Assembly: GCA_937871625.1 (NCBI GenBank)
Contig: CALMRD010000069.1
Coordinates: 1 to 41,810, forward strand
Length of the DNA: 41,810 nucleotides
Source: an uncultured Bacteroidales bacterium
Lineage (GTDB): Bacteria > Bacteroidota > Bacteroidia > Bacteroidales > VadinHA17
Direction: 5' to 3'
The translations under genes were made by a program, and so were the position numbers. The notes beneath the pieces are model-generated. The model was not told the DNA's origin, did no database searches, and saw only the letters and a program-made list of their open reading frames with translations. Shown in pieces: positions 9,415 through 19,739 of this stretch. Position 1 is the stretch's first letter, and the number at the start of each line of letters is the position of its first letter.

Positions 9415-11796
9415 ATGAAACGAGGATTCTCAATTCTTGTAATGGTTCTTTTAGTTGCCGTTATTGATCTGAGCGGACAGACAGCGCGCAAATATATCAA
9501 GGCCGGGGACGAGTTTGTGCGCAGCGGTATGTTCGAGGATGCCATTGACCAGTTCTCGAGGGCCATAGATGAGGCGCCAGCCTCTGCCGACGGCTATGTC
9601 AGGAGAGCGATGGCTTATGAGCTGACAGGCGATTACGGCCTGGCGTGTGACGACTACAGGAGAGCCGGCAACTTCAAACCCGACGATACCGGAATACTTT
9701 ATAACCTGGCACGCATGTGCAACAGGCTCGGGGCAGAAGAGAAGAGCACCCCGGATGAGAAGGACAAATTCTATTCTGAAGCTGTGTCTTTGTTACAGAA
9801 GGCCATCAGTGCTGAGTACCGCAACGGCAAGCTATACACGGAAAAGGTTGTGTCACTGATAGGTATGGGCCTGTGGGACCAGGCTCTCGGAGCCTCCGAC
9901 ACTGCCCTGCAGATGAGGGACGATGCCCTGAACTACTATTACCAGGGGATCATTTACCAGAAAAAGAGTGATTACAACACTGCCAGGCGGCAGCTTGAAA
10001 AGGCTGTGACCAAGGACAAATCGTTTACCGAGGCCCGCCTCGAGCTGGCCAGGGTACTCGTCCGCCAGGGCGACGTGAACAGTGCACTGGGACAGTGCAA
10101 TATGGTTATGAAGCAGGATGACAGGAATGTTGATGCTTACCTGACAAGAGCAATGGCATATGAAGCCAAGCTCGACTATCCGGCAGCCATCAATGATGTT
10201 TCCACTGCAATACTCCTTGATCCGGCGACGGCCGCCCATTATGTCACCAGGGGCACCTGCTATCAGAAGTTCAACCAGCATCTGGCCGCGGTGAACGATT
10301 TCACCAAGGCACTGGCCATTGACCCCTACATCACGGAGACATACCTGCTGCGTGCCAGGTCTTACGAAGAGATGAACGACTTCGAAAAAGCAGGGGACGA
10401 CTATTCGCGGGTCATCGTCATGAATGAAAGCAACTCGTCGGCAAAGCAGATGCTTAAGGAGGCCAATGAGAGGCTTTTTGCCATCAACCGCGAGACTGTC
10501 AGTCCTGAGATCATGATAGAGTCGCCCACAATCATCTCAGGACGTGAGATAGAGGTCGGTCTTGACAGGGAGAGCGTGCTCATCACCGGCAAGATCACAG
10601 ACAAGAGCATGCTTGCAGAGTTTTCCATCAACAGCCAGCCGGTTGCCTTCGAGGGCAAGGGCACCATTCCCTTCTCGGCGGAGGTGGAGATATCCGAAGA
10701 CGAGATGGTCAGGATCGTTGCCCGCGACATCTACAACAACGAGAGCGCACTTACCTACCATGTAAGGCGCACCGAGGTGGATCCTCCGGAGATAGAGATC
10801 CTCGCGCCTTACCTGGCGGGTGAGAACATGCTGGTGATAGACAGTATCGCCACCCGCATCGATATAGAGGGCAAGATCCTTGACCAGAACATGATCAAGT
10901 CGGTCATGATTGAAAACATCAGCGCGCAGTTCTCGCAGGACAACCTGAACCCGGAGTTCATTGCCAGGGGGGTTGACATCAGGAACAGCGACAAGGTCAC
11001 CATCCTTGTTGAGGACAAGTATGGCAACAGGACCATCAGGGATTTCGCCCTGAACCGCAACGGCACAACCATCTCCGAGTCGAACCCCATGGGAAACACT
11101 CTCGTGGTCTTCATTGAGAACAGCGATTACAGGAACTTCGCCGAACTGCAGGGTCCGCCCAAGGATGCCAGTCTTGTAACTTCAGTCCTGGAGGGCGACT
11201 ACCAGGTGCTGCCTGTGCGCAGGTTAAAGAACCAGACGAAGCAGCAAATGGAAAAGTTCTTTTCCATCGATCTTCGTGATGAGGTCAGGGCCAAAAAGAT
11301 CAAGTCGCTGGTGATATGGTTCGCCGGGCACGGCAAGTTCATCAACGATGTCGGTTACTGGATACCTGTAGATGCCCGCCGCGATGAGGAGTTCACCTAT
11401 TACAGCCTCAACACTCTCAGGGCTTCGATGGAGACCTACATGAACTACCTGACTCACGTCCTGGTCATCACCGATGCCTGTGAATCGGGCCCCAGCTTTT
11501 ACCAGGCCATGAGGTCTGACGTCAAGCCGCGCAACTGTTCCGACTGGAGGGCCACGCAGTTCAAGTCGAGCCAGGTATTCTCATCGGCCGGCTATGAGCT
11601 GGCGGTTGACGACTCGCAGTTCACCCGCACCTTCGTGAACACTCTCAGGGGTAATCCCAACACCTGTATCTCCATCGAGGAGATAGTGATGCAGGTCACA
11701 ATGGCCGTTGCCGGGAACACCCAGCAGAAGCCCAAATTCGGTAAAATTACCGGCCTGAAAGATGAAGACGGCACCTTCTTCTTCGTAAAGAAATAG
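9415..11796 (+). CDS. Secreted TPR-repeat / tandem Ig-like / caspase-family (peptidase C14) protein
   Basis: Signal peptide MKRGFSILVMVLLVAVIDLSGQ, then about 330 aa of TPR-like repeats (AMAYELTGDYGLACDDYRRA, AMAYEAKLDYPAAINDVSTAILLDP, ARSYEEMNDFEKAGDDYSRVI). Two beta-sandwich repeats of about 93 aa follow. The C-terminal caspase fold has His639 in WFAGHGKF (CAC 11329-11331) and Cys689 in ITDACESGPSF (TGT 11479-11481). Confidence 0.8.
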   Translation: MKRGFSILVMVLLVAVIDLSGQTARKYIKAGDEFVRSGMFEDAIDQFSRAIDEAPASADGYVRRAMAYELTGDYGLACDDYRRAGNFKPDDTGILYNLARMCNRLGAEEKSTPDEKDKFYSEAVSLLQKAISAEYRNGKLYTEKVVSLIGMGLWDQALGASDTALQMRDDALNYYYQGIIYQKKSDYNTARRQLEKAVTKDKSFTEARLELARVLVRQGDVNSALGQCNMVMKQDDRNVDAYLTRAMAYEAKLDYPAAINDVSTAILLDPATAAHYVTRGTCYQKFNQHLAAVNDFTKALAIDPYITETYLLRARSYEEMNDFEKAGDDYSRVIVMNESNSSAKQMLKEANERLFAINRETVSPEIMIESPTIISGREIEVGLDRESVLITGKITDKSMLAEFSINSQPVAFEGKGTIPFSAEVEISEDEMVRIVARDIYNNESALTYHVRRTEVDPPEIEILAPYLAGENMLVIDSIATRIDIEGKILDQNMIKSVMIENISAQFSQDNLNPEFIARGVDIRNSDKVTILVEDKYGNRTIRDFALNRNGTTISESNPMGNTLVVFIENSDYRNFAELQGPPKDASLVTSVLEGDYQVLPVRRLKNQTKQQMEKFFSIDLRDEVRAKKIKSLVIWFAGHGKFINDVGYWIPVDARRDEEFTYYSLNTLRASMETYMNYLTHVLVITDACESGPSFYQAMRSDVKPRNCSDWRATQFKSSQVFSSAGYELAVDDSQFTRTFVNTLRGNPNTCISIEEIVMQVTMAVAGNTQQKPKFGKITGLKDEDGTFFFVKK

Positions 11797-11800
11797 CCTG

Positions 11801-14800
11801 ATGTACCTGGGAAGCGCCAATCACGGGAACTCACACTCTCTCCTCTCGGCGTGCCTGCTTCTCGTATCCTTCATGCTGCCCCTGCATTTATCCGGGCAGC
11901 ATTACTATTTCGAACACTACAGCTCCAAGGAGGGGCTGAGCGCATCCAAGGTCTACACTGTCATACAGGACGCCAATGACTTCATCTGGCTTGGCACAGG
12001 CAGCGGGGTGACACGGTTTGACGGGCTGAGGTTTGAGAACTTCTCCTCCTCTGACAGTCTTGCCCCGGGAGGAGTCAAGAGTATCTTTGAGGACAGCCGC
12101 GGACGTCTCTGGCTTGGCCATATCGGTGGAGGCATGTCAGTCCTGGAAGACAACCTCTTCCGGCGCGTGAGCTTCTCACCCTCACTATTCATCGGGGTCG
12201 ACTCTGCCCGTATCACCGACCCGCTGAGCCCGGTGATGAGTCTCACGGGAGACATTACCGCCATTGTTGAATATGAGGGTTCCCTATGGGTGGCAACATC
12301 ACTGGGAGGGGCACTGCGTCTTGAGATCCCGGAAAACGGAGGTGCCGTGATGACCGGACAGCAGTATATGGGGAGGCAGGGACTGAGCAATGATGCCTTC
12401 GGCCTCTTCAGCGACAGCCGCGGAAGCCTCTACTGCATCACTGACATCGGCATCAAAAAATATGATCATGCCAGCGACAGGTTCATCCCCTTCCACCCGG
12501 AAGGACTGACAAAGTATTTTCTGACAACCACCATCTTCGAAGACTCAAAGAACAACATGTGGTTCGGCACCTTCAACGGGGGGCTTTACCGGCTTGACAG
12601 CGAGACAGGAGAGATGGGCTTCTATGATACACGCAATGGCCTGTGGGGGAACTTCGTAACCTACATTACCGAGGATTACCGTGGGAACATCTGGGTTGCA
12701 TCAATGGAAGACTGGGAGAGCAGGGGCGGGCTAACGGTCTTCACACCTGATGGTTCCAGGGTCTTCAACAGCACCAACGGGCTCATGGCACGGCATATAC
12801 TGTGCATGACCGAAGACAGGGAGAGAAACATCCTGATAGCCGACAGGGATGCCGGTTTCTTCATCTACAAGGGAGATCACTTCACCTCGTTCCCTGCACC
12901 CGAGTATCTCCCCTCGAATGACGTCTTTACCCTTGCACAGGATACCACGGGTCGATACTGGTTTGGCACCAGCAAGGGGCTGTCGTTGTACGACCCGGAG
13001 AAGAGGGGAGAGGAGCGTTTGATACTCAGGGGATTCCCCTCAGCCCTTGAAGAGGTGCACATAAGCATCATAAGGCCAGACGGCTATGGCAATGTCTGGA
13101 TCGTCACCTCCGGCGATGAGGTCTACAGGTATGATCTCCTGGAGAAGACCTACAGGTATGACCTCGATCTCAACGCCAGCCTGCGGTCTCTGAGGATAGC
13201 TGCGCTGGCTGCCGACGGCAGCCACAACCTCTGGCTGGGCACTGACCGCGCCCTGATCTCGTGGGATGAGGAGAGGAAGCAGGTCACCACCTATACCCAG
13301 ATCAACGGGCTGACGGGCAACAACATCACCTCACTCTTCTGTGACAGCCGCGGGGTGATGTGGATAGGCACCGAAGAGCGTAACGGCCTGACGAAACACG
13401 TTCCCGGCAGCGGGATCTTTACAGCTGTTGATTTCGGCGCTGATGTCAGGCCGACGGCTATCAGTGAGACTGCCGACGGCACCCTGTGGGTGGGAACCAT
13501 CGACGGGCTCTACGGGCTGAGAAATGATACGGTCTGGAAGAGGCTGACAGAGGCTGACGGGCTGCTGATGAACTCTGTCAACCTGCTGCAGCCTGACGCC
13601 GACGGCAACCTCTATATAGGCACCAGCCTCGGACTGAACAGGTACGACTGCACTACGGGACGTATATCTTCATTCACGGAGAAGAGCGGCTTTACAGGGA
13701 TAGAGACCAGGCCCGGCGCCTCATTCAGGGATGAGAGGGGCGATCTGTGGTTCGGCACAGCCAACGGAGCCATAAGGCTTAATCCCGCGCTGATGCCCCC
13801 CGTGGTGACAGAGCCGGCGACACATATATGGAGGACGCTGGTCAACTATGAGACCTTCCCGATGTATGACGGCATCCGTCTTTCACACACGCAGAACAGG
13901 ATCATCTTTGACTTCCTCAGCATCTGCCTTGTGAACCCTGAGACCGTCAGGTACCAGTTTATGCTTGAGGGTGCCGATGAGGAGTGGGTGACAACCGACC
14001 AGACACGGGCCATGTACTCCTCCCTCAGTCCCGGGAGGTATCTCTTCAGGGTGAAGGCATCAAACAACTACGGCTACTGGAACGAAGAGCCTGTTGAGCT
14101 GTCCTTCTCCATCAAGGGGCCTGTCTATCAGACGGCGTGGTTTATAATACTGTGCATCACGGCCCTGCTGAGCGCCATATACATATTCATAAGCCTGAGG
14201 GAACGCACACTCCGCAGGGAGAAGGAGTTGCTGGAGCAGAAGGTAGATGAGCGGACGGCGGAGGTCGTGACAAAGAGTATCGAGCTCGAGGAGAGGAACA
14301 GAGACACCACCGCCAGCATCAGGTATGCCGAGCGGATACAGGCCGCCATGCTTCCTCCGGAGAACTTCTTCAATGACACCTTCGTGCTTTTCATGCCCCG
14401 GGATATCGTCAGCGGCGACTTTTACTGGATGTATGACAGCGGATTCAAACAGTATATTGCTGCCGTAGACTGTACCGGCCACGGCGTCCCCGGCGCCTTC
14501 ATGTCAATTATCGGACACAACTCCCTCAACAAGATCGTCAGGGAGAGCGGTATCACCAGGCCGTCTGAGATCCTCGACCGTCTCAACACCGAGGTGGTGC
14601 ATGCGCTGCTTCAGAGGAGCGAGAAGGCAGTGCGCGACGGCATGGACATCTCGGTAATATCATATGATATACTGGACCATTATGTTGAGTATGCAGGTGC
14701 CTACCAGCCCCTGTATCATGTGAGGAACGGGAAGGTGACCGTCGTCAGGGCTGACCGTTTCCCTATAGGCATGATCGACGGACAGGCCAGGAAGGTCTTC

Positions 14801-15046
14801 ACCAACCACAGGCTGGATGTCATGAAGGGCGACATGCTTTATATCTTCACCGACGGCTTCGCCGATCAGTTCGGGGGGCCCGGGGAGAAGAAGTTCAAGA
14901 CTGTGAACATACGGTCCCTGCTGGCGGAGATATACATGCTCCCCGTTGATGAGCAGAAGAGGCTGCTTGAGAAATCCATCCGCGACTGGATGGGAGATCT
15001 TTCCCAGATAGACGATATCCTGTTCATCGGAACGAGGATACCGTAG
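11801..15046 (+). CDS. Membrane sensor: periplasmic two-component-regulator beta-propeller + Y_Y_Y domain, one TM, cytoplasmic PP2C/SpoIIE phosphatase
   Basis: Repeated propeller signatures (D..G.LW.GT / WFGT..GL.RYD), Y_Y_Y-like YQFMLEGADEEWV...GRYLFRVKASNNYGYW and TM AWFIILCITALLSAIYIFISL. After a coiled coil comes the SpoIIE core (SGDFYWMY...AAVDCTGHGVPGAFMS...FTDGFADQFG). Confidence 0.85.
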   Translation: MYLGSANHGNSHSLLSACLLLVSFMLPLHLSGQHYYFEHYSSKEGLSASKVYTVIQDANDFIWLGTGSGVTRFDGLRFENFSSSDSLAPGGVKSIFEDSRGRLWLGHIGGGMSVLEDNLFRRVSFSPSLFIGVDSARITDPLSPVMSLTGDITAIVEYEGSLWVATSLGGALRLEIPENGGAVMTGQQYMGRQGLSNDAFGLFSDSRGSLYCITDIGIKKYDHASDRFIPFHPEGLTKYFLTTTIFEDSKNNMWFGTFNGGLYRLDSETGEMGFYDTRNGLWGNFVTYITEDYRGNIWVASMEDWESRGGLTVFTPDGSRVFNSTNGLMARHILCMTEDRERNILIADRDAGFFIYKGDHFTSFPAPEYLPSNDVFTLAQDTTGRYWFGTSKGLSLYDPEKRGEERLILRGFPSALEEVHISIIRPDGYGNVWIVTSGDEVYRYDLLEKTYRYDLDLNASLRSLRIAALAADGSHNLWLGTDRALISWDEERKQVTTYTQINGLTGNNITSLFCDSRGVMWIGTEERNGLTKHVPGSGIFTAVDFGADVRPTAISETADGTLWVGTIDGLYGLRNDTVWKRLTEADGLLMNSVNLLQPDADGNLYIGTSLGLNRYDCTTGRISSFTEKSGFTGIETRPGASFRDERGDLWFGTANGAIRLNPALMPPVVTEPATHIWRTLVNYETFPMYDGIRLSHTQNRIIFDFLSICLVNPETVRYQFMLEGADEEWVTTDQTRAMYSSLSPGRYLFRVKASNNYGYWNEEPVELSFSIKGPVYQTAWFIILCITALLSAIYIFISLRERTLRREKELLEQKVDERTAEVVTKSIELEERNRDTTASIRYAERIQAAMLPPENFFNDTFVLFMPRDIVSGDFYWMYDSGFKQYIAAVDCTGHGVPGAFMSIIGHNSLNKIVRESGITRPSEILDRLNTEVVHALLQRSEKAVRDGMDISVISYDILDHYVEYAGAYQPLYHVRNGKVTVVRADRFPIGMIDGQARKVFTNHRLDVMKGDMLYIFTDGFADQFGGPGEKKFKTVNIRSLLAEIYMLPVDEQKRLLEKSIRDWMGDLSQIDDILFIGTRIP

Positions 15047-15048
15047 TT

Positions 15049-15084
15049 ACTGTATACGCGATCAGCACTGTATACATGATCAGC
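15049..15084. repeat. Two tandem copies of an 18-bp unit (ACTGTATACGCGATCAGC / ACTGTATACATGATCAGC)
   Basis: Read directly from the sequence: 16/18 identity, and each unit contains GTATAC and GATC. Lies between the convergent 3' ends of the sensor gene and LOG. Confidence 0.8.
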
Positions 15085-15128
15085 GGCAGGCTACTTCTCG
15101 GTTACCGGGCGACAGCTGCGTATCAGGA

Positions 15129-15704
15129 CTAAATTCTGGCTATTACCTTCGGGTCAGCATGCCAGCCGGTATAATTGGTTATTGCCGGCACCACCTCCTC
15201 GGCTGATGTGACTATCTGCCATATGTCCTTGTGCTCCAGCCTGATGAAGTTACCCCTGAACATGTGCTCGAAGAATTCTATGAGATGGTCATAGAAACCG
15301 TTGACGTTCACGATGATGATGGGCTTGTTGAACTGCCCCAGCTGCTTCAGGGTGATCACCTCTGTCAGCTCCTCCAGGGTACCCACGCCACCGGGCAGGG
15401 CCACCGCAGCATCAGACATGGCAAAGATCGCCTTCTTCCTCTCCGACATGTCGGCAGTCACGATCATATCACTGACACCGGCATGTCCCCAACCTTCATC
15501 AATCATGAAACCCGGGATTACGCCCGTAATCTTTCCACCGGCTGCAAGCATACTGTCGGCGAGGATGCCCATCAGGCCTATGCCGCCGCCGCCGAAGACA
15601 GCATGAACGCCCTCGCGGGCAAATACGGTACCGAGTTCACCGGCGGCCTGCAGGTATGCACTGTCAATGCGGCTGCTTGATGCCGCGAATACACAGACTC
15701 TCAT
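15129..15704 (-). CDS. LOG-family (TIGR00730-type) nucleotide phosphoribohydrolase
   Basis: Motifs GGGGIGLMG and PGGVGTLEE. 191 aa. Confidence 0.85.
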   Translation of the reverse strand: MRVCVFAASSSRIDSAYLQAAGELGTVFAREGVHAVFGGGGIGLMGILADSMLAAGGKITGVIPGFMIDEGWGHAGVSDMIVTADMSERKKAIFAMSDAAVALPGGVGTLEELTEVITLKQLGQFNKPIIIVNVNGFYDHLIEFFEHMFRGNFIRLEHKDIWQIVTSAEEVVPAITNYTGWHADPKVIARI

Positions 15705-15710
15705 GAGCGA

Positions 15711-16028
15711 TCAGAGAAGAGGGGTGAGCTTGGCTTCGAAAGCTGACATGGCGGCAGCACCCACCTGCTTGTCAACAACCTCACCTCCCTTGAAATAGAG
15801 CACCGTGGGGATGTTTCTTATACCGAACCTTCTTGCGATATCGGGGGAGCTGTCCACATCACATTTAACGACAAGGGCCCTGTCACTGTATGTTTCACCT
15901 ATCTTTTCAATATAGGGGGCTATCATCCTGCAGGGACCGCACCACTCTGCCCAGAAATCCACTATCACCGGTTTGTCTGACTTAAGAACAACCTCATCAA
16001 AGTTACTGTCGTTAACATGCTGTGCCAT
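15711..16028 (-). CDS. trxA: Thioredoxin
   Basis: 105 aa with the canonical WAEWCGPCR active site. Confidence 0.95.
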   Translation of the reverse strand: MAQHVNDSNFDEVVLKSDKPVIVDFWAEWCGPCRMIAPYIEKIGETYSDRALVVKCDVDSSPDIARRFGIRNIPTVLYFKGGEVVDKQVGAAAMSAFEAKLTPLL

Positions 16029-16078
16029 AATATTATATCATTTTTTGTTTGTACATCTTTCCGAGTCCGCAAATATAT

Positions 16079-19000
16079 CTAATTTACTTTAAAATCAAGC
16101 TCCGGGTTGTCTTCAATCCATCCGATGAGCTCATCGGTAATGCCTGCCTTGATGGTTCGCGAAAACAGAGGAACTGTAATCTTGTCTTCATGGTCTATCA
16201 ACAGGAATTTGACCGTTTTGTTTCCCGGGTTGTCGCTGATAAGTGATTTCAGGTTCTTGATGAACTCCGTGTTGACGAGCTCTGCCTTCAGTTTTATGGT
16301 TATGGAGTTGATCAGCTCGTCCCGCACGGTGGAGAGCAGAAATATCTCCCGGATCTTGAACTCAAGCTCATCGGGGTTATAGTGTCTTCCCTGCACCCTG
16401 CCTTTGACAAGAAGCTGGTAATCAGTGTTGAAGAAGTTGCTGAATGAGACATATTCCTTGTCAAAGAGAAGGAAGGAGAAGGAGTCAGTGTAATCCTGCA
16501 GCGTGAAGCCGCCAAAGGGCTTCCCGTTTTTTGTGACTCCGTTTCTTGTCTCGGTGACGATACCTGCCACCGTGACTTCGCGGTTGGCAAATTCATGGAG
16601 GTTTTGCAGATCGGCAAGGGTCGCATTGCAGAATGTATTGATCTCAAGCCTGTAATCGTCGAGGGGGTGTGACGAGAGGTATATGCCGATAACCTGTTTC
16701 TCCTTGTTGAGCTTCTCCAGCTTCGACCAGTCGGCACACGGTGCCGGCTCAGGCTTCACCAGCTCAAAGCCTGCCGCCTCTCCGAAGAGCGACTGCTGGC
16801 TGCTGTTGCGTATGTTTTTTACGCTGGTGCCGTAGCGTATCAGGCTCTCAAGGAAGCTGATGCCCTTGCTGTCGGCAGAGAAGTACTGTGCACGTGTGAT
16901 GCCCGGCAGGCCGTCGAGGGCTCCGGATACCACCAGGGCCTCCAGCATCTTCTTGTTGACGGTGTTCAGGTTGACCCGTTCGACAAGGTCATAGATATCG
17001 CTGTAGGGCCCGTTGTTCTCACGCTCCTCCACGAGGTGAAGCACGGCGTTCTCACCTACCCCCTTAATGGCACCCAGGCCGAACCTGATGTTACCGTTAC
17101 GGTTGACGGTGAATTTCAGGAGACTCTCGTTCACATCGGGGCCCAGCACCTCGATACCCATCCGTTTTGTCTCCTCCATCATGACGGTGATCTTCTTTAT
17201 GTCACTGATGTTGCGGCTGAGGACTGCAGCCATGAACTCCGCAGGGTAGTTGGCTTTCAGATACCCGGTCTGGTAGGCTATCAGGGCATAGCATGTAGAG
17301 TGCGACTTGTTGAAGGCATACTCAGCGAACGACTCCCAGTCGGACCAGATCTTGTTGATGGTGTTCTGATCATAGCCGTTCCTGTGACAACCCTCGATGA
17401 ACTCTATCTTCATCCGGTCCATGATGTTCCGCTTCTTCTTTCCCATGGCCTTACGGAGAGAGTCGGCCTGTCCCTTGGAGAACCCTCCCAGCTCCTGCGA
17501 GAGGAGCATCACCTGCTCCTGGTAGACGGTGATGCCATAGGTCTCCTTCAGGTACTTCTCCATGGCGGGCACCTCAAAACTGATCTTCTCCCTGCCGTGC
17601 TTGCGCCGGATGAACTGAGGGATATAATCCATGGGGCCGGGCCTGTAGAGGGCGTTCATGGCTATCAGGTCACCGAACTGGTTGGGCTTTAACTCGCGGA
17701 GGTATCTCTTCATCCCCACGGATTCAAACTGAAACACCCCGGTGGTCTCGCCGTTGCTGAAGAGCTCATAGGTGGCCCTGTCTTCCAGCGACAGTGACGG
17801 GAGGTCTATGGTGATGCCCTTTGACTTACGCACGTTCTCGACGGCATCCTTGAGGATCGACAGTGTCTTCAGGCCCAGGAAATCCATCTTCAGCAGACCT
17901 ACTGATTCCACATAGTTACCTTCATACTGTGTGACGTAGAGCTCGGCATCCTTGGCCGTGCAGATGGGGATATGTTCGCACAGGTCATCCTTGCTGATGA
18001 TGATGCCGCAGGCATGCACGCCTGTCTGTCTGACGCTTCCCTCGAGCACCTCGGCATATTTGAGTGTCTGTGCCACCAGCAGCTCTTTGGAGCTCCTCTC
18101 CTTAAGCAGTTCGGGCACCTCCTCATATGCTGTTGCGAGGGTCATGCCGGGCCTGTCGGGAACGAGCTTCGTCAGCCTGATGGCTTCGGGCAGCGGCAGC
18201 TTCTGCACCCGGGCCACATCCCGGATCGCCATCTTTGCTGCCATGGTGCCGAAGGTAATGATGTGGGCCACACGGTTGTGGCCGTATTTGTCGACAACAT
18301 ATTTCAGCACCTTCTCCCGCCCGTCCTCATCGAAGTCGATGTCGATATCGGGCATCGAGATGCGGTCAGGATTGAGGAAGCGCTCAAACAGAAGGTTATA
18401 TTTGATAGGGTCTATATCAGTTATCTTCAGGCAGTAGGCTACGGTGCTGCCGGCGGCTGATCCTCTCCCGGGGCCGACCCACACTCCCATCTCGCGTGCC
18501 GCCCGCAGGAAGTCCTGCACTATCAGGAAGTACCCCGGGAAGCCCATGTTCTTTATTACCGAGAGCTCAAAGTCGATCCGTGCCTGCAGCTCGGGGCTGA
18601 TCTCACCCCAGCGCTCCGCAGCGCCCTGCAGCGTCAGGTGACGCAGGTAGGCATCCTTGTCGGGGAACTCGTCCGGAATGGCAAAGTCAGGCATGATGGG
18701 ATCGCTGGAGAGCGAGTAGTACTCAACCTTGTCGGCTATCTCCCGGGTGTTTGTCACTGCCTCGGGCATATCGCGAAAAACTTCCAGCATCTCCTCCTCG
18801 CTCTTGAGGTATTCCTGCTTGGTATAGCGCAGGCGTTTGGGATCGTCAATGTCTTTGCCGGTATTGAGGCAGATGAGCCTGTCATGCGCCTCGGCCTCAT
18901 CCTCCATGATGAAGTGAACATCATTCGAGGCAATGATCTTCACATTGTGCTTTGCCGCCAGCTCACGGTAGGCTGCAATGACCCTCTGCTGCTGCGGGAA

Positions 19001-19564
19001 GACGGTGGTGTCTGCCGTCGGGTCGGAGGTCTCATGGCGCTGCACCTCGAGATAGTAATCGTCGCCAAATATCTCCCTGTATGATAGCAGAGCCTCTTCG
19101 GCCCCCTTTATGTTTCCCGAGAGTATCTCCTGGGCTGCCTCTCCTGCAATGCATGCCGATGAGACTATCAGCCCCTCACTGTGCTCACGGAGAAGCTGCT
19201 TGTCGATACGGGGCTTGTAGTAAAAGCCCCTGATCCATGCCTCGGAGACAAGCTTCACCAGGTTATGGTAGCCTGTGAGGTTCTTGGCAAGCAGTATCAG
19301 GTGATCGCCGGAACGGTCCTCAACGGATGTCTTGTCTTCAAGATTGGTGCGCGCCACATAGATCTCGCACCCGATGATCGGCTTGATGGAGGCCGCCGTG
19401 GCAGCATCATGAAACTCCTTTACGCCAAACATGCTACCGTGATCGGTGATGGCCAGGGCATCCATGCCCAGGTCGGCAGCCCTCCTGACAAGTGCCTTTA
19501 CACCTGATGCCCCGTCAAGAATGGAATACTGTGTATGTACGTGTAAATGAACAAATGAAGACAT
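16079..19564 (-). CDS. dnaE: DNA polymerase III alpha subunit
   Basis: PHP domain [15 protein letters not shown], polymerase core and OB fold. Start moved to MSSFVHLH (ATG 19564-19562), because a -7 promoter motif lies inside the 16 extra codons of the track ORF. Confidence 0.93.
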   Translation of the reverse strand: MSSFVHLHVHTQYSILDGASGVKALVRRAADLGMDALAITDHGSMFGVKEFHDAATAASIKPIIGCEIYVARTNLEDKTSVEDRSGDHLILLAKNLTGYHNLVKLVSEAWIRGFYYKPRIDKQLLREHSEGLIVSSACIAGEAAQEILSGNIKGAEEALLSYREIFGDDYYLEVQRHETSDPTADTTVFPQQQRVIAAYRELAAKHNVKIIASNDVHFIMEDEAEAHDRLICLNTGKDIDDPKRLRYTKQEYLKSEEEMLEVFRDMPEAVTNTREIADKVEYYSLSSDPIMPDFAIPDEFPDKDAYLRHLTLQGAAERWGEISPELQARIDFELSVIKNMGFPGYFLIVQDFLRAAREMGVWVGPGRGSAAGSTVAYCLKITDIDPIKYNLLFERFLNPDRISMPDIDIDFDEDGREKVLKYVVDKYGHNRVAHIITFGTMAAKMAIRDVARVQKLPLPEAIRLTKLVPDRPGMTLATAYEEVPELLKERSSKELLVAQTLKYAEVLEGSVRQTGVHACGIIISKDDLCEHIPICTAKDAELYVTQYEGNYVESVGLLKMDFLGLKTLSILKDAVENVRKSKGITIDLPSLSLEDRATYELFSNGETTGVFQFESVGMKRYLRELKPNQFGDLIAMNALYRPGPMDYIPQFIRRKHGREKISFEVPAMEKYLKETYGITVYQEQVMLLSQELGGFSKGQADSLRKAMGKKKRNIMDRMKIEFIEGCHRNGYDQNTINKIWSDWESFAEYAFNKSHSTCYALIAYQTGYLKANYPAEFMAAVLSRNISDIKKITVMMEETKRMGIEVLGPDVNESLLKFTVNRNGNIRFGLGAIKGVGENAVLHLVEERENNGPYSDIYDLVERVNLNTVNKKMLEALVVSGALDGLPGITRAQYFSADSKGISFLESLIRYGTSVKNIRNSSQQSLFGEAAGFELVKPEPAPCADWSKLEKLNKEKQVIGIYLSSHPLDDYRLEINTFCNATLADLQNLHEFANREVTVAGIVTETRNGVTKNGKPFGGFTLQDYTDSFSFLLFDKEYVSFSNFFNTDYQLLVKGRVQGRHYNPDELEFKIREIFLLSTVRDELINSITIKLKAELVNTEFIKNLKSLISDNPGNKTVKFLLIDHEDKITVPLFSRTIKAGITDELIGWIEDNPELDFKVN

Positions 19565-19600
19565 AATCTCGGGATTTTGACCAATGCCGGTGGCTGGAAA

Positions 19601-19608
19601 CAAAAATA
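19601..19608 (-). promoter_or_regulatory. -7 promoter element (TATTTTTG on minus strand) for dnaE
   Basis: Plus-strand CAAAAATA, 36 nt upstream of the dnaE ATG at 19564. Confidence 0.4.
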
Positions 19609-19687
19609 TCAAAAAGGTTGTTGCCCGTTCAATTTTTTTATTAACATGACGGCGGCTGATTATTTTTGTAACATCGATTTATTGTGA

Positions 19688-19695
19688 TATCTTTG
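19688..19695 (+). promoter_or_regulatory. -7 promoter element TATCTTTG for rpsP
   Basis: Matches TAnnTTTG, 45 nt upstream of ATG 19740, in the AT-rich divergent dnaE/rpsP spacer. Confidence 0.45.
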
Positions 19696-19739
19696 CACCC
19701 TCATAAAAAAACAGGTATCAATTAAACCGTAAATTTTAA

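Noticed and set aside
19565-19612. 16 extra N-terminal codons on dnaE (MIFLFPATGIGQNPEI)
   Set aside because: DnaE orthologues begin close to the PHP motif (FVHLHVHT). The extension also contains a -7 promoter-like motif (19601-19608), so it is more likely 5' UTR/promoter.
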